From Phoronis australis (taxonomy: Eukaryota; Animalia; Phoronida), in contig NMRA01000095.1 of NCBI GenBank assembly GCA_002633005.1, positions 525,889 to 589,888 on the forward strand: 64,000 nt of DNA, read 5' to 3'. Within the stretch, counting starts at the first letter, position 1. Each line of letters opens with the position of its first letter. Positions 1 to 12,200 of the stretch are shown piece after piece. The notes below the pieces were generated by a model. It saw nothing but the letters and a program-made list of their open reading frames with translations, had not been told where the DNA came from and did no database searches. The position numbers and the translations under genes are program-made.

Positions 1-3000
1 ATGAACTCAATGCCTTCTACTGATGATGTCTCCACGGCAACGACGAGTTACAGTTCTGATACATCAATAGGACCTACCGCTCCTGCTTCACAATTTACTA
101 CTATTTCAACCCTGTCTACTACTCAACAAATTTCATTACAAACTACTGCCGTTGCATCTAACGCGACTACTATTTCAAACTACAACACGACTACTTTTAC
201 TTCTAGTATTTCAGACCAGATCTTGCAAAGTAGTGAAGTTTCAGTTTCACCTACTATGACTTCCACAACTGTGTATCCTAGATCTACAGAAGATGCGGCA
301 TCATCTATTGTGACCATGTCAAGTGTGCCATTAACGACTGCTGTGTCTAGTTCTACTAATTCTAACCTAATTGCTACTACTTTGCAAACTACGGATAGTA
401 GGAGGGCCATAACTACAACTAATGGTGTAAGTACTACAGTAGCAGACGAATTATCGACTGACTCTACAGTAAGTTCAAAAGTTTTCTCTGTTGTTAGTTC
501 TAGTGAAACAAGTCCTAGTACTTCAGTGTCTGCAACAATGACTAGTTCAGACGTCACCTCCTCAGTAATTACAACTAATAGTGTTGGTTCGTCAACTAGT
601 TTAATTGAAACATCAAATAGTACTGATGCTAGTGTTAGTTCTAGCAGTATTACTGTGACATCAACGCAGCCTTTTACTATTAGTTCAGACATATCCTTCT
701 CAAGAAGTACGAGCAATAGTGTTGGTTCATCAACTAGTTCAACTGAAACATCAGGTAGTACTGACACTAGTGTTAGTTATGGCACTGTTACCGTGACATC
801 AACAGAGCCTTTTACAACTAGTTCAGACACAACCACCTTACCAAGTACCACTAGTAGTGTTGGTTCATCAGTTAGTACTCATGACTCTGTTTCTACTAGT
901 AATGTTTTCATAACATCAACGGAGCCTTTTAGGACTAGTTCAAACACAGCCTCCACACCAAATACAACTAGTAGTGTTGGTTTGTCAACTACTTTACTAG
1001 AGACTATCACTGATACCCCTGTTACTACCAGTAATGTTACATCAACAGAGCCTGCTAGGACTAGTTCATACATAATCTCCACACTAAGTACAACAACTAG
1101 TATTGGTTTATCAACTAGTTTACTAGAAACATCAGCTAATACTGATCCCTCTGTTACGACAAGTAGTACTAATATGACATCAACAGAGCCTGATACATCT
1201 AGTTCAAACATAATCTCCACACCAAGTACAACAACTAGTGTTGGTTTATCAACTAGTTTACTAGAAACATCAGCTAATACTGATCCCTCTGTTACGACAA
1301 GTAGTACTAATATAACATCAACAGAGCCTGATACATCTAGTTCAAACATAATCTCCACACCAAGTACAACAACTAGTATTGGTTTATCAACTAGTTTACT
1401 AGAAACATCAGCTAATACTGATCACTCTGTTACTGCAAGTAGTACTAATATAACATCAACAGAGCCTGATACATCTAGTTCAAACATAATCTCCACACCA
1501 AGTACAACAACTAGTATTGGTTTGTCAACTAGTGTACTAGAAACATCGGCTAATACTGATCCTTCTGTTACTACAAGTAGTATTAATATAACATCAACAG
1601 AGCCTGATACATCGAGTTCAAGCATAATCTCCACACCAAGTACAACAACTAGTATTGGTTTGTCAACTAGTTTACTAGAAACATCAGCTAATACTGATCC
1701 CTCTGTTACGACAAGTAGTACTAATATAACATCAACAGAGCCTGATGCATCTAGTTCAAACATAATCTCCACACCAAGTACAACAACTAGTATTGGTTTA
1801 TCAACTAGTTTACTAGAAACATCAGCTAATACTGATCCCTCTGTTACGACAAGTAGTACTAATATAACATCAACAGAGCCTGATGCATATAGTTCAAGCA
1901 TAATCTCCACACCAAGTACAACAACTAGTATTGGTTTATCAACTAGTTTACTAGAAACATCAGCTAATACTGATCCCTCTGTTACGACAAGTAGTACTAA
2001 TATAACATCAACAGAGCCTGATGCATCTAGTTCAAGCATAATCTCCACACCAAGTACAACAACTAGTATTGGTTTATCAACTAGTTTACTAGAAACATCA
2101 GCTAATGCTGATCCCTCTGTTACGACAAGTAGTACTAATATAACATCAACAGAGCCTGATGCATCTAGTTCAAACATAATCTCCACACCAAGTACAACAA
2201 CTAGTATTGGTTTATCAACTAGTTTACTAGAAACATCAGCTAAAACTGATCCCTCTGTTACGACAAGTAGTACTAATATAACATCAACAGAGCCTGATGC
2301 ATCTAGTTCAAGCATAATCTCCACACCAAGTACAACAACTAGTATTGGTTTATCAACTAGTGTACTAGAAACATCAGCTAATACTGATCCCTCTGTTACT
2401 ACAAGTAGTGCTAATATAACATCAACAGAGCCTGATACATCTAGTTCATACATAATTTCCACACCAAGTACAACAACTAGTATTGGTTTATCAACTAGTT
2501 TACTAGAAACATCAGCAAACACTGATGCCTCTGCTACTACAAGCAGTACAGATATATCAGCAGAGCCTGTTACAACTAGTTCAGTAGCAACATCAGCTAC
2601 TACCAATCCTAGTATTGTTATCACAACATTAACAGAATCTACTTGGACCAGTTCATACATAACTTCTACACCTAATACAACCAGTCATATTGGTTTCTCA
2701 ACTAGTCCAGCTGGTACTGATGCTTCCAGTACAGTTTTCTCCACATCAACAGAGCAGGTAATAACTAGCTCAAATGTAATTTCCACACCGAGTACAACCA
2801 ATATTGTTGGTTCGTCATCTAATGTAGCTGAAATATCGACTAGTACTGATGCTACAGTTACTTCAAGTATTGTTGCTGTAACACCTACAAATTCTGTTAA
2901 GACCAGTTCAGATATAACGTCCCTACCGAGTACAACACTGATCGACACCACAACCAACCGCCACAGTCAAAATACAACAACAATGTCTGTATCAGTCACC

Positions 3001-3292
3001 CATTCCATTGTACCTACAGTTATCCCCAATGTCACCACATCCAGTTCAACTAATGTAACAGTGACCTCTATTGAGGCCACAACAGTTAGTGTGGTCACCA
3101 ACGCGACAGCGACAGTGAACAGCACAGCAGCACCATCAGTGAATACGACCACTATTGGTGCGGGCACTACAACACCTGTGACGACCATTAGTTCTACAAC
3201 TACCGTGACTGATCCCGTGACAACTGCACTCGTCCCGACGACTCAGAAGTTCAACACAAGTACAGCACTTGAAGAGTATTGGGTAACAACTG
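1..3292 (+). CDS. KIAA1549-like exon: Ser/Thr-rich mucin-like stalk
   Basis: Open frame of about 1097 codons, very S/T-rich; ends EEYWVTT followed by donor gtgagt at 3293 (phase 1). Confidence 0.9.
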
Positions 3293-6200
3293 GTGAGTTG
3301 GTTTCATTTCTGTAAAGAATGGCATCTTTACACCTCTGTATAGTTCAGTTTCTTTTAATAAAAGTGGTTATAACAAAATATACAAAAGAATGTTCGTGGT
3401 AATCGATAAGATTGTGGACTTAATAAGTATTTCAATTTCTGGTTGCTCTTCTGACTGTTATTTTGATGATCGACCCGACTGCTTCAATGCATGACATCAT
3501 CGATTTTGCCTGAGCTTTTTATTGTTGACAAAGCGAAAGGTGCCGTGTAGCTAAATACCCGGCCACGTGCTTTAACACTGGTCAAGCTTTTTAGTAGTCT
3601 TCGATTCGCGGTTTTCACGTGTAGGCCTACAAAGAAATTTTGATTCCTGTTGAAAGCGAGAAATATGTACAAAGCAATCCCGTAGATAGTACAGTACTTC
3701 TGTTCTGGAAGGCCAGGCCATTGGTCCTGGCAATATCAGCAGAACTTTTGTGTTCGTTTTGAGGCATGGCGGAAGTTTGAAGTGTATAGCCACGGCTAAA
3801 TACTGACATAGCAGTGAGGCTCGTGGTCTACAAATTCTGCGCACAATGATTTTTTTCAGGACTGTCGAATATTATTGATAAATAGAATTTTAGGACTGTA
3901 GGTAAGGCATTTTTCGCACGTACACGTTCATGGACTGGGCGCTTATTTTAGCAAAATCTGAAAACGCATGGGGGGCGCTTATAGGGGCATGGGCGGTTAT
4001 TACGGTGAATACGGTAATCACCTCCATGTTAGCTGTTCGCAGGTGTATTTCAATTGGGTTGGCTACCACTGCTATACGGATATTTTGACTTAAGGAGCTA
4101 TGAGAATGGCTTCCATAGATATTTCTGAAGCTGACTGAAGCTTTCAAGTGGAATTAGACATCGGACTGAAATTGTGGCTTGTGTTCCGCAAAACTGTTTC
4201 CAAGAAATAACACTTAAATAAAGCACAATGTCTATGAGAAAATCTGAATTTTTTGTGGGTTATTCAGTCAATTTATGTATTGTGCAATAAGTGTAAAAAA
4301 TGTACTCACAAGTTTTCAGTATTTAGTGAAATGGGAGCTCACGTGAAAATCCTGGCTTCAGATGAAAGCTATATTTTATGAAAAGAATCATTGAAAACGG
4401 TTCAAATTTCAGTTGTGAGAGTGAAGTTGGATGAGGACGTGTCCACCCCTGGCTTTAAAACAAAGATGGAGTCGAAGCTTGCTGAGGCTTATAACGACCA
4501 GTTTGTGAAGATGGAACAGGCTTTGTTGGGGGGTAGTAGAAAGAAGAGACAAACGTCCAGTGATGATAATTTCTTTTCGGCGTACATTAGAAAGAAGCGC
4601 CAAGCACAGATGTACGTGAAAAAACTGGTTTCCAGACACAAGAGAGCTGCAAATGTCAGTGATGTCACTGTTGTGGTATGTGTTTCTTCAATTCATGTCA
4701 GAAATAATCGGGACAAAATTTCTGTTTCCCGTCAAGACGTGTAATGACCCATCATCCCAGCTACTTTCACCATGAATTCTATTCGCTATTAGTATTCGTG
4801 TTACGGAATTGTGGGTCATTTTCTGGGACTATTTTTGGTGTATTTTGTTATGTTAGAATAAGAGTATGAAAGATAGTTTGTCGGAGATATCACTTCTCGA
4901 AAAAACAAATAGTACATCGGAGTGTATGAACACGCAACACTTTACATCGGAGTGTATGAACACGCAACACTTTACATCGGAGTGTATGAACACGCAACAC
5001 TTTACATCAGAGTGTATGAACACGCAACATTTTACATTGTAATGGATCACAGTCTTGTCTTTGTGACAAAATTTTCAAATCTGGATTTTCTTCACACCAT
5101 AAAACACAAAGGTGAAGGGCCATCCAGTCATAACAATAAAACAGACTCCTTTTCAGACAAGCACTGTTGATGACGTCTGCCCTCTCTCTCAATATAAGTA
5201 CTTGCTCGTTTAAGCTTCCACATTGATGATGATCGGCCGTATGTTATCAGGTTTTTGATGTCATTTCTTCCTGTGATTTGCATTTATATTGTTTCGATAA
5301 TATAAATCTCAAAAATGTTCCGGTTGACAGTTGAAACCAACTCATGCTCACGTTTTTCTTTATCCTCAGATGGTGAACATTCGGCGACTTGAAAAGGAGA
5401 CATCTCAGTCCACGAATCTTACATATTACATTGTGAAAGGCGACAATGTAGTACCAGTGGCGACGGCTGTAAATGTGATGAATCAATATGACGCGCAAGA
5501 ACTGGGACTGAAACTTGGGTATTATGTGGAGACACCGGCTCAAGGTAACTATGGCNCTCAGTATAAGTACTTGCTCGTTTAAGCTTCCACATTGATGATG
5601 ATCGGCCGTATATTATCAGGTTTTTGATGTCATTTCTTCCTGTGATTTGCATTTATATTGTTTCGATAATATAAATCTCAAAAATGTTCCGGTTGACAGT
5701 TGAAACCAACTCATGCTCACGTTTTTCTTTATCCTCAGATGGTGAACATTCGGCGACTTGAAAAGGAGACATCTCAGTCCACGAATCTTACATATTACAT
5801 TGTGAAAGGCGACAATGTAGTACCAGTGGCGACGGCTGTAAATGTGATGAACCAATATGACGCGCAAGAACTGGGACTGAAACTTGGGTATTATGTGGAG
5901 ACACCGGCTCAAGGTAACTATGGCATACGTGCTTAAAGTAATTAAATATAATTGTACACTTATAGGTTAAATGTCCTGAAATTAGGATATGGAATTAATT
6001 TTAAATATCCAAGGACATGCTAATGACCAGTTTAGATATTGTGTGGCTCTCAATGGTAACAAAAGTATTCAGTTATTCCTGTGTTGCATGTAGCTTTGTG
6101 TTAAATTTTACTGCCCACTCGTCCAAAGACTAGAATTGTTCCTCGAAAAGTGTAATAATGTATAACATTGCATGGCGAGGTCTACTACCTAGGTACAAAA

Positions 6201-9200
6201 CCTGCAAACAACTGTTGAATGTCTGAATTATTGTAAAATCAGACTCATGCTACTTCATATGGTCCTTCACTGCAGTGTACTCCCCCGCTCCTCCTGCCCC
6301 CGGCCCTCCGCTGTGGATCATCGGTGCTGCCATCGGAGGCTTTGTCTTCTTAGTCATTGTCCTGTGGCTTATTCTCTTCATCTACTTCCGAATGTGCCGT
6401 AATCGCCAGCCGCCCGACGAAGAGGAGAAAGTGGGCGGAGAGAATGGCGAGCCTGAACTGATTGGAGTGAAGCGCCGGCAGTCTATGGTTTGTTTTCCTT
6501 TTGAAATGCTTTGTACATTTGACCAGTTTGCTTTTTATTTTGGTTTGTACATTTGACCAGTTTGCTTTTTATTTTGGACTTGATCCATGTGTAGAACCAA
6601 TTTACAGACAGACAGTAATGATGGATCTGGCCAAGGATGTCTACGATCTATGCTATGCTTTATCAACCATTAAAAGTATGCATTTTTTACTTCTTTGAAG
6701 TAGTCGGTGTCGAAATTATAATTTTAATGACATTTCAATGGTATTTGTAGGGTTACGGTCCACCCCCTAAGAGTGCACCTCAACCAGCCTACAGGGCCAG
6801 ACAAGAGACGTTGAGGGAGAGGGCCAGATACTTGGAAGATGGACTGGACTTTGAGACACACCAGACACCTGAGCATGGACTGAAGGCTACTAGAGGGTAT
6901 GTGAACTGTAGTCGATGTCATCTGGTGGTGAGCTAATGAGTACAATCATGTATACCATAACATTTAGACCTGGGTCGTCTCCAAGTGGGGGTACCTTGTC
7001 AAGGATGACTAATATTTGACTAGACAAGCTGTTAGCAAGTTAGGTAGACTGATATGCTGTTAGGTAAACAAATTAATTTAGAGATCGTCACTTTAATTGG
7101 CATACCCTAAGGAAATGAGTTGACCTATTTGGGTTATGAAATGGAAAGCTGTGTTACATTTGTAGTCTGTCAGGAAGATTTCATTAAAGTTTGATTTCTG
7201 AAAATTTTTGAGAAAATGTCACTATGTCTGGCATACTAAGAACTACTTAACGTTAGTTCCCTAAGTTGTGTGACCATGCTGTTGACATATTTATTTCATT
7301 TTCATTGTTTAGAATGACCATATATGGTATTTTTATATTTTCCTGCTATGGCTAATCGTATCAGAATGAGACCTTGCAGAGTGTCATTTTATGCAAAGTA
7401 ATTATTCTGGGCAGAAAATCAATCAAGTGTGCAGAGGCCTATTCCAAGAAGACTGACTTAGTTAAGAGAAGTCTTAATAAATGTTCAGTCATTTTTAAAA
7501 TAGAACTTTAATTTGTCTTAAGTTCATTCCAAGAAAATGATCATAAGTTTGACTTCAGTTTCTGACTTAAGTTTTGTCTTTTGTACCAGTTGTGGCATTT
7601 TCTAAGTTTGGAGGTTGAGATAAATGTTAAACTTAAGTTGGTTTCTTGGAACGGGCCCCAAACTCATAGTTACTCTGACCTGTCAGCTGTGAGCTACAAT
7701 AGGTCCAGGCACTGTTGATAAGTAGCCGTACTACATATATAGTCAGTCCGTTGATCTTTGAACTGTGACCATATAGTTCATAGAATTCACTTTTTGTGTG
7801 TAGATGTTTTAAGAGTCTGGCTAAAAAATTGTTTTTTCACCGAGCAATTGTTAAACATTTTTATGGTTTCTGTCACTTGAATTGTGTCTATTTACATTGA
7901 TGGAGACTTTTTTGTCTGTGCTGAGTGCTGTGGTTCATTTGAAGGTCTGACCCAATCCACCCCAACACAGCTTCACTATTGTCGCAGTGTGTTGATGTAA
8001 GATGGGTCTTCCTCTTTATACTACACAGCTTCAATTTCATCTGTATTCCAGAAAGCAGATCAGTTATGAGTCTGAAGTCAGTGAAGCATGGACTGAGGCG
8101 ACGGAAGATGAGACTCGGGGTCAACATAACCAACTTATTAGGAGCAAGACGCTTGATAGAAAGAGAGCTTCCAGAAAGAATGCCAAGCAGAAGGCAAAGA
8201 GTATGGACTTTGTTGTCGTTTTCAGATGCATAGTCAAGCAGACAAAAATATTTGTCTGTGTCAGGCTGCTCTTCAGTGGGGTATTGTTTTTGTATTTGGA
8301 AAATATTGATGTTGTATTTATGAATTTCAGTGATCAAGTTAGAATACGTAGTTTAAAAGATATTAAACTGGGTTTTGGGCTTTAACAGATAGTAACGACT
8401 TTCCTATCCAGCTTTCAAAAATAATATTATGCTCTGTAATTCTCAGCACCGCTTAAATGTTTGGATGAAATTTTGAAAACACCTGACAAATTCTCCTAAA
8501 TGAGCAAGCATTGCCTATGCTTTTGGGCAGGATACATGACAACTGTGGGAAAATATCACCCGTCAAGAACCGTGATATCCATTCTTTGACTCAATCAGTA
8601 TGTGTTCTTAGTTGAATCCTGTTTTTATCACTCAAGTGAGACATAAATGGTGCTTTCACAGGGGACATAATTAGTATTGGTTAGAGTTTAGTATCCCTTT
8701 AAGTAAGGAATTCTGTTTGCCATAATGTACAAGTGTTGTATTATGATCAAGTATTTGTAATCAGGAAATGTTGCATAACACTTCAATAATGTTGTCAATT
8801 ATTACTTTGCTGGCCTTGTCTTTCATTAAGTGACAAACTCTGGCAAGATTATTATTTTTAGTGACTAGGATATTTAATGCCTATAACTTTCACAGGAGTT
8901 CAACCCAGTCCTCATACCCCAGGCAGTGTACCCTCAAAAGACACCTCTGTTCACAAGACACCCACTGTGAAGGTACAATCTAGTATCCTTGAGGAACCAC
9001 TTCCACCTCTTCAGCAGACATCCTTGACTGGACGGTCACCAAATGAGTCACTGGGGTCAGAGGTCAGTATGCACTCCGGTGAAGGATTTCACAAGCCAAT
9101 GGAATGACGATTCGTTTTACGGGAACAGTGATTTCTGTAGCTCTCTTAAGAGCAAGAAGCTTTTCTTGTAAAATGCCAATATTCTACAAAGGGAGATTTT

Positions 9201-12200
9201 TTAATCAAGTCATCAATTTGTCAACTGTTGCAAGATTACATCTGCTTGGTTGTAAATGATTTTTGACCACTGAAGGTCAAATATTATCACCTACAAAAAC
9301 TGGTGTTTACCTTATTTGCAAACCTAGATTTATGTCTAATTTTGGCATAAGCTACTTAAAACAAAAATGATCTGATAGTTTAGAAAACTGTAACAGCACT
9401 TTTAACGTTTCAACTTGAAATTTATGTCAAAAAGAATTTGCACTTTTTGATAACTTAGTTTTTCTATACATTTCTTTTTGCTTCATTTTACCCAGTTGTG
9501 GCCAAATAATTGGTACTTTAGAAAATATATACTTTTAGAGAGTTGAATTCTACAGTTTTGTGAATATTTACCTAAACACACAAAATTTTTCATCAAGCTT
9601 TTACATAATCCTAAAGTAAATCTTTAAAGGCAACTGTGGAAAAGCGACCATTCATTTGCACATTTTGAAAGTTTTAATCAAAATTACAAAAATTGCAACA
9701 TGATTCCTGGGATTAGAATTTCCCTACATCAACTTTTGAAAATAATTGTCAAAACAAATACAAAAATATCCGATCTTAAAAGTATGACCGAAAACTAAAT
9801 GTTATTCAGCTTTTTGAGGAAGTAGGCGTGAATTTCCGTCTTTTTAATTCCAGTTGAGCCACTCTTTGAAACAGAAAGCTGACATTGAACGGTGGAGAAA
9901 CAAACAGCGTGCTAGGGGGCTGCAGAGCTTAAAGAGATCCTGGCAACCAAAGGGTGAGATTTATAGGAACAAATTGACTAATAGTGCCGTGGTATTAGCA
10001 GGGACTCGTATAGCAGACGTCATTGGGATGCCTAGTTTTAAAAAATGACAGCTTGACCTGCACTGCCATTAGAGAAGATGGCCCATTTCTAGACAATCTC
10101 AGCAAAAACAATGGCTAATCGAAGAATTTCAATATTTCTTATTAATAAATAATTGCATTGAAGCCTATTTTGATAAATACTCACACATAAATTGAGATTA
10201 TAGACACTGTCTATTTTTGCCATACATGTCACACTTATGGTCGACAAATGCTGGCAGCCATGTTTTTCGGGGGGGAATACTTGCCTATCATGTGATTTCA
10301 AGGTGACCTCATCCATAATCCGGGGATATTGCGAGTGTCAATCTTGCCAATCTAGACCCTACTTTTCAAATACTAGCTGGGTCCCTTGGTATGAGTATCC
10401 AAATATAGTAAAGAATAGTGTGGCTATATATCTTTATTGACAAACAGTTGGGCTTACTGCTCTTCAGTACTCAAGTGAAAATACTGAGTAGGTATGCTGT
10501 GGAAGACCCTTACTGGTTTTACACAAGGCACAACTGAATGATTGCAAGACTGCAAGAGCCGTGCTGAGTTACACAATAAACTCTTACTGAAGTCACCAAA
10601 AGTAGGTCAATACAAATACTCTACATTATTTCAACACTTCCAACACGTTATTATTATTCACAACGTTTCGGCCTCAAGAAGCGTTCAAGTTTTAAGACTG
10701 GAGCTACTTTTGTCTCTTGAATTGAACTTGAAACTGACGATGAGACATTAAAGCCCTCTCAATGGATGTCTGTCTGGCTTCCCGCAGTGCCGTGTATGGA
10801 GTTTTCTTTTTCTCCAGATTTAGCTCGATCTCGGAAGGACATCGACAGAACCCTTGGAGTGGCCAATTCTGACGATAGTTTACCTGCTGTGTTCAAGTCA
10901 GCTAAGTCCAAGTAAGCAATTGCTGTTCACTTGTAGAAAGGATTTCCATCGCATTCTGACAGTTGGTTATCCTATGTAGGACTTAGCAGGAATGATTCAG
11001 GGTGACAGTTAGGGTGACCGTATGCCGAATACACATAACTGTGTAGCGCTCGTAAGTCTCAAGATGTGATCCAGTGTTTATTTAATTACATTGTGAATTT
11101 ACTTTTGTTTCATGAAAAATGGCTTATTAAGACTTAAGTCAGAAATTTGGTCTTGCGCTCCAGGCAACTATTTCTGAAAAATTATTAAATATTACTTGTG
11201 CAAAAGTGCAGTGTCTGGGAATATATACATATCTGCTAACTACCGTACTGACTCAAATAATTACTAGACATTATTTCCATCCAGATTGCAATATGCTAAT
11301 AATAACTGACCTTCGTGCAGCAATTGTGAACTGGGGTCATAAGACCAAATTTCTATCTTATGTTAATTTCAAGAGACAGATCCCTGGTTGGTGCAGAAGC
11401 TAATTTTCTCAAGGAATTGACAAGATGTTGCAAAAACGATCTGTTTTGTTGAAGTTATGGAAAAAATTGTGAAGGAAGCGGGTTAAGAATAAACAGCGGG
11501 TATCTGATCAAATCACAAAACATGTACCGAATTTTTAGAGATGTTTTGTTTTTCTTGAAAACTACTATTAACGGCCTCTTTTTGTATGTTACCGAAGTTT
11601 TGTGGTGTAAAATTATTAATGATGATGATGGTTATGCAAATATGAAATGTTTGACTAAATTGCAGAAAGAAGAAGAAAGCTCACAATACATCGGGTGTTG
11701 ATGCCGATGCTTTGGAGAAGTTGTTATCTGAAATAAAACACCAACGGGATGGTAGTTATTCGGTAGGTGTTTGTACAGTTGTCGGGGGATGAGAGTTATT
11801 CGGAAGGTCTTTGTACAGTTGTGTTGGGGAATGGGAGTTTTTCGGTAGGTCTTTGTACAGCTGTGTCAGGGGGATGGGAGTTATTCGGTAAGTGTTTGTA
11901 CAGTTGTGTTGGGGGGATTTTCTAAATGAATTTCAACAACTTACCCGATTCGTTTAATTTTTTGACCAATCATGTTTTTTCGTTATCAGTGTGTTAAACA
12001 CAGTCTTTTTCGTTAAGCATGTCAGTCTTGTCGTTTGTTGAAATAATCGATTGCTGTGCTTTGAACAGAATGAAGGATTCACCACTGATACTGCGGACAC
12101 GGAGGCAGACGACAAATCTGTTGACAGAGCACGGGACCGCATGCATAAACTTCTTGACGATGCCTTTCCGTTGTCTGCCAAGAAAAGGTACCATTGATGT

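Larger units (their letters stand above)
5188..5924. repeat. 369-bp tandem duplication joined by a single N (5556), containing one exon twice; probable assembly or haplotype artefact
   Basis: 5188..5555 matches 5557..5924 with about 3 substitutions. Confidence 0.9.

Noticed and set aside
180-3188. Long antisense ORFs (up to 412 aa, V/L-rich) and dense ACTAGT/AGTACT palindromes
   Set aside because: Expected by-product of repeated Thr/Ser codons (ACT, AGT, ACA) in the mucin exon; no independent evidence of coding
4913-5038. 30-bp repeats resembling a CRISPR repeat length
   Set aside because: Head-to-tail with no spacers, eukaryotic intron, no cas genes
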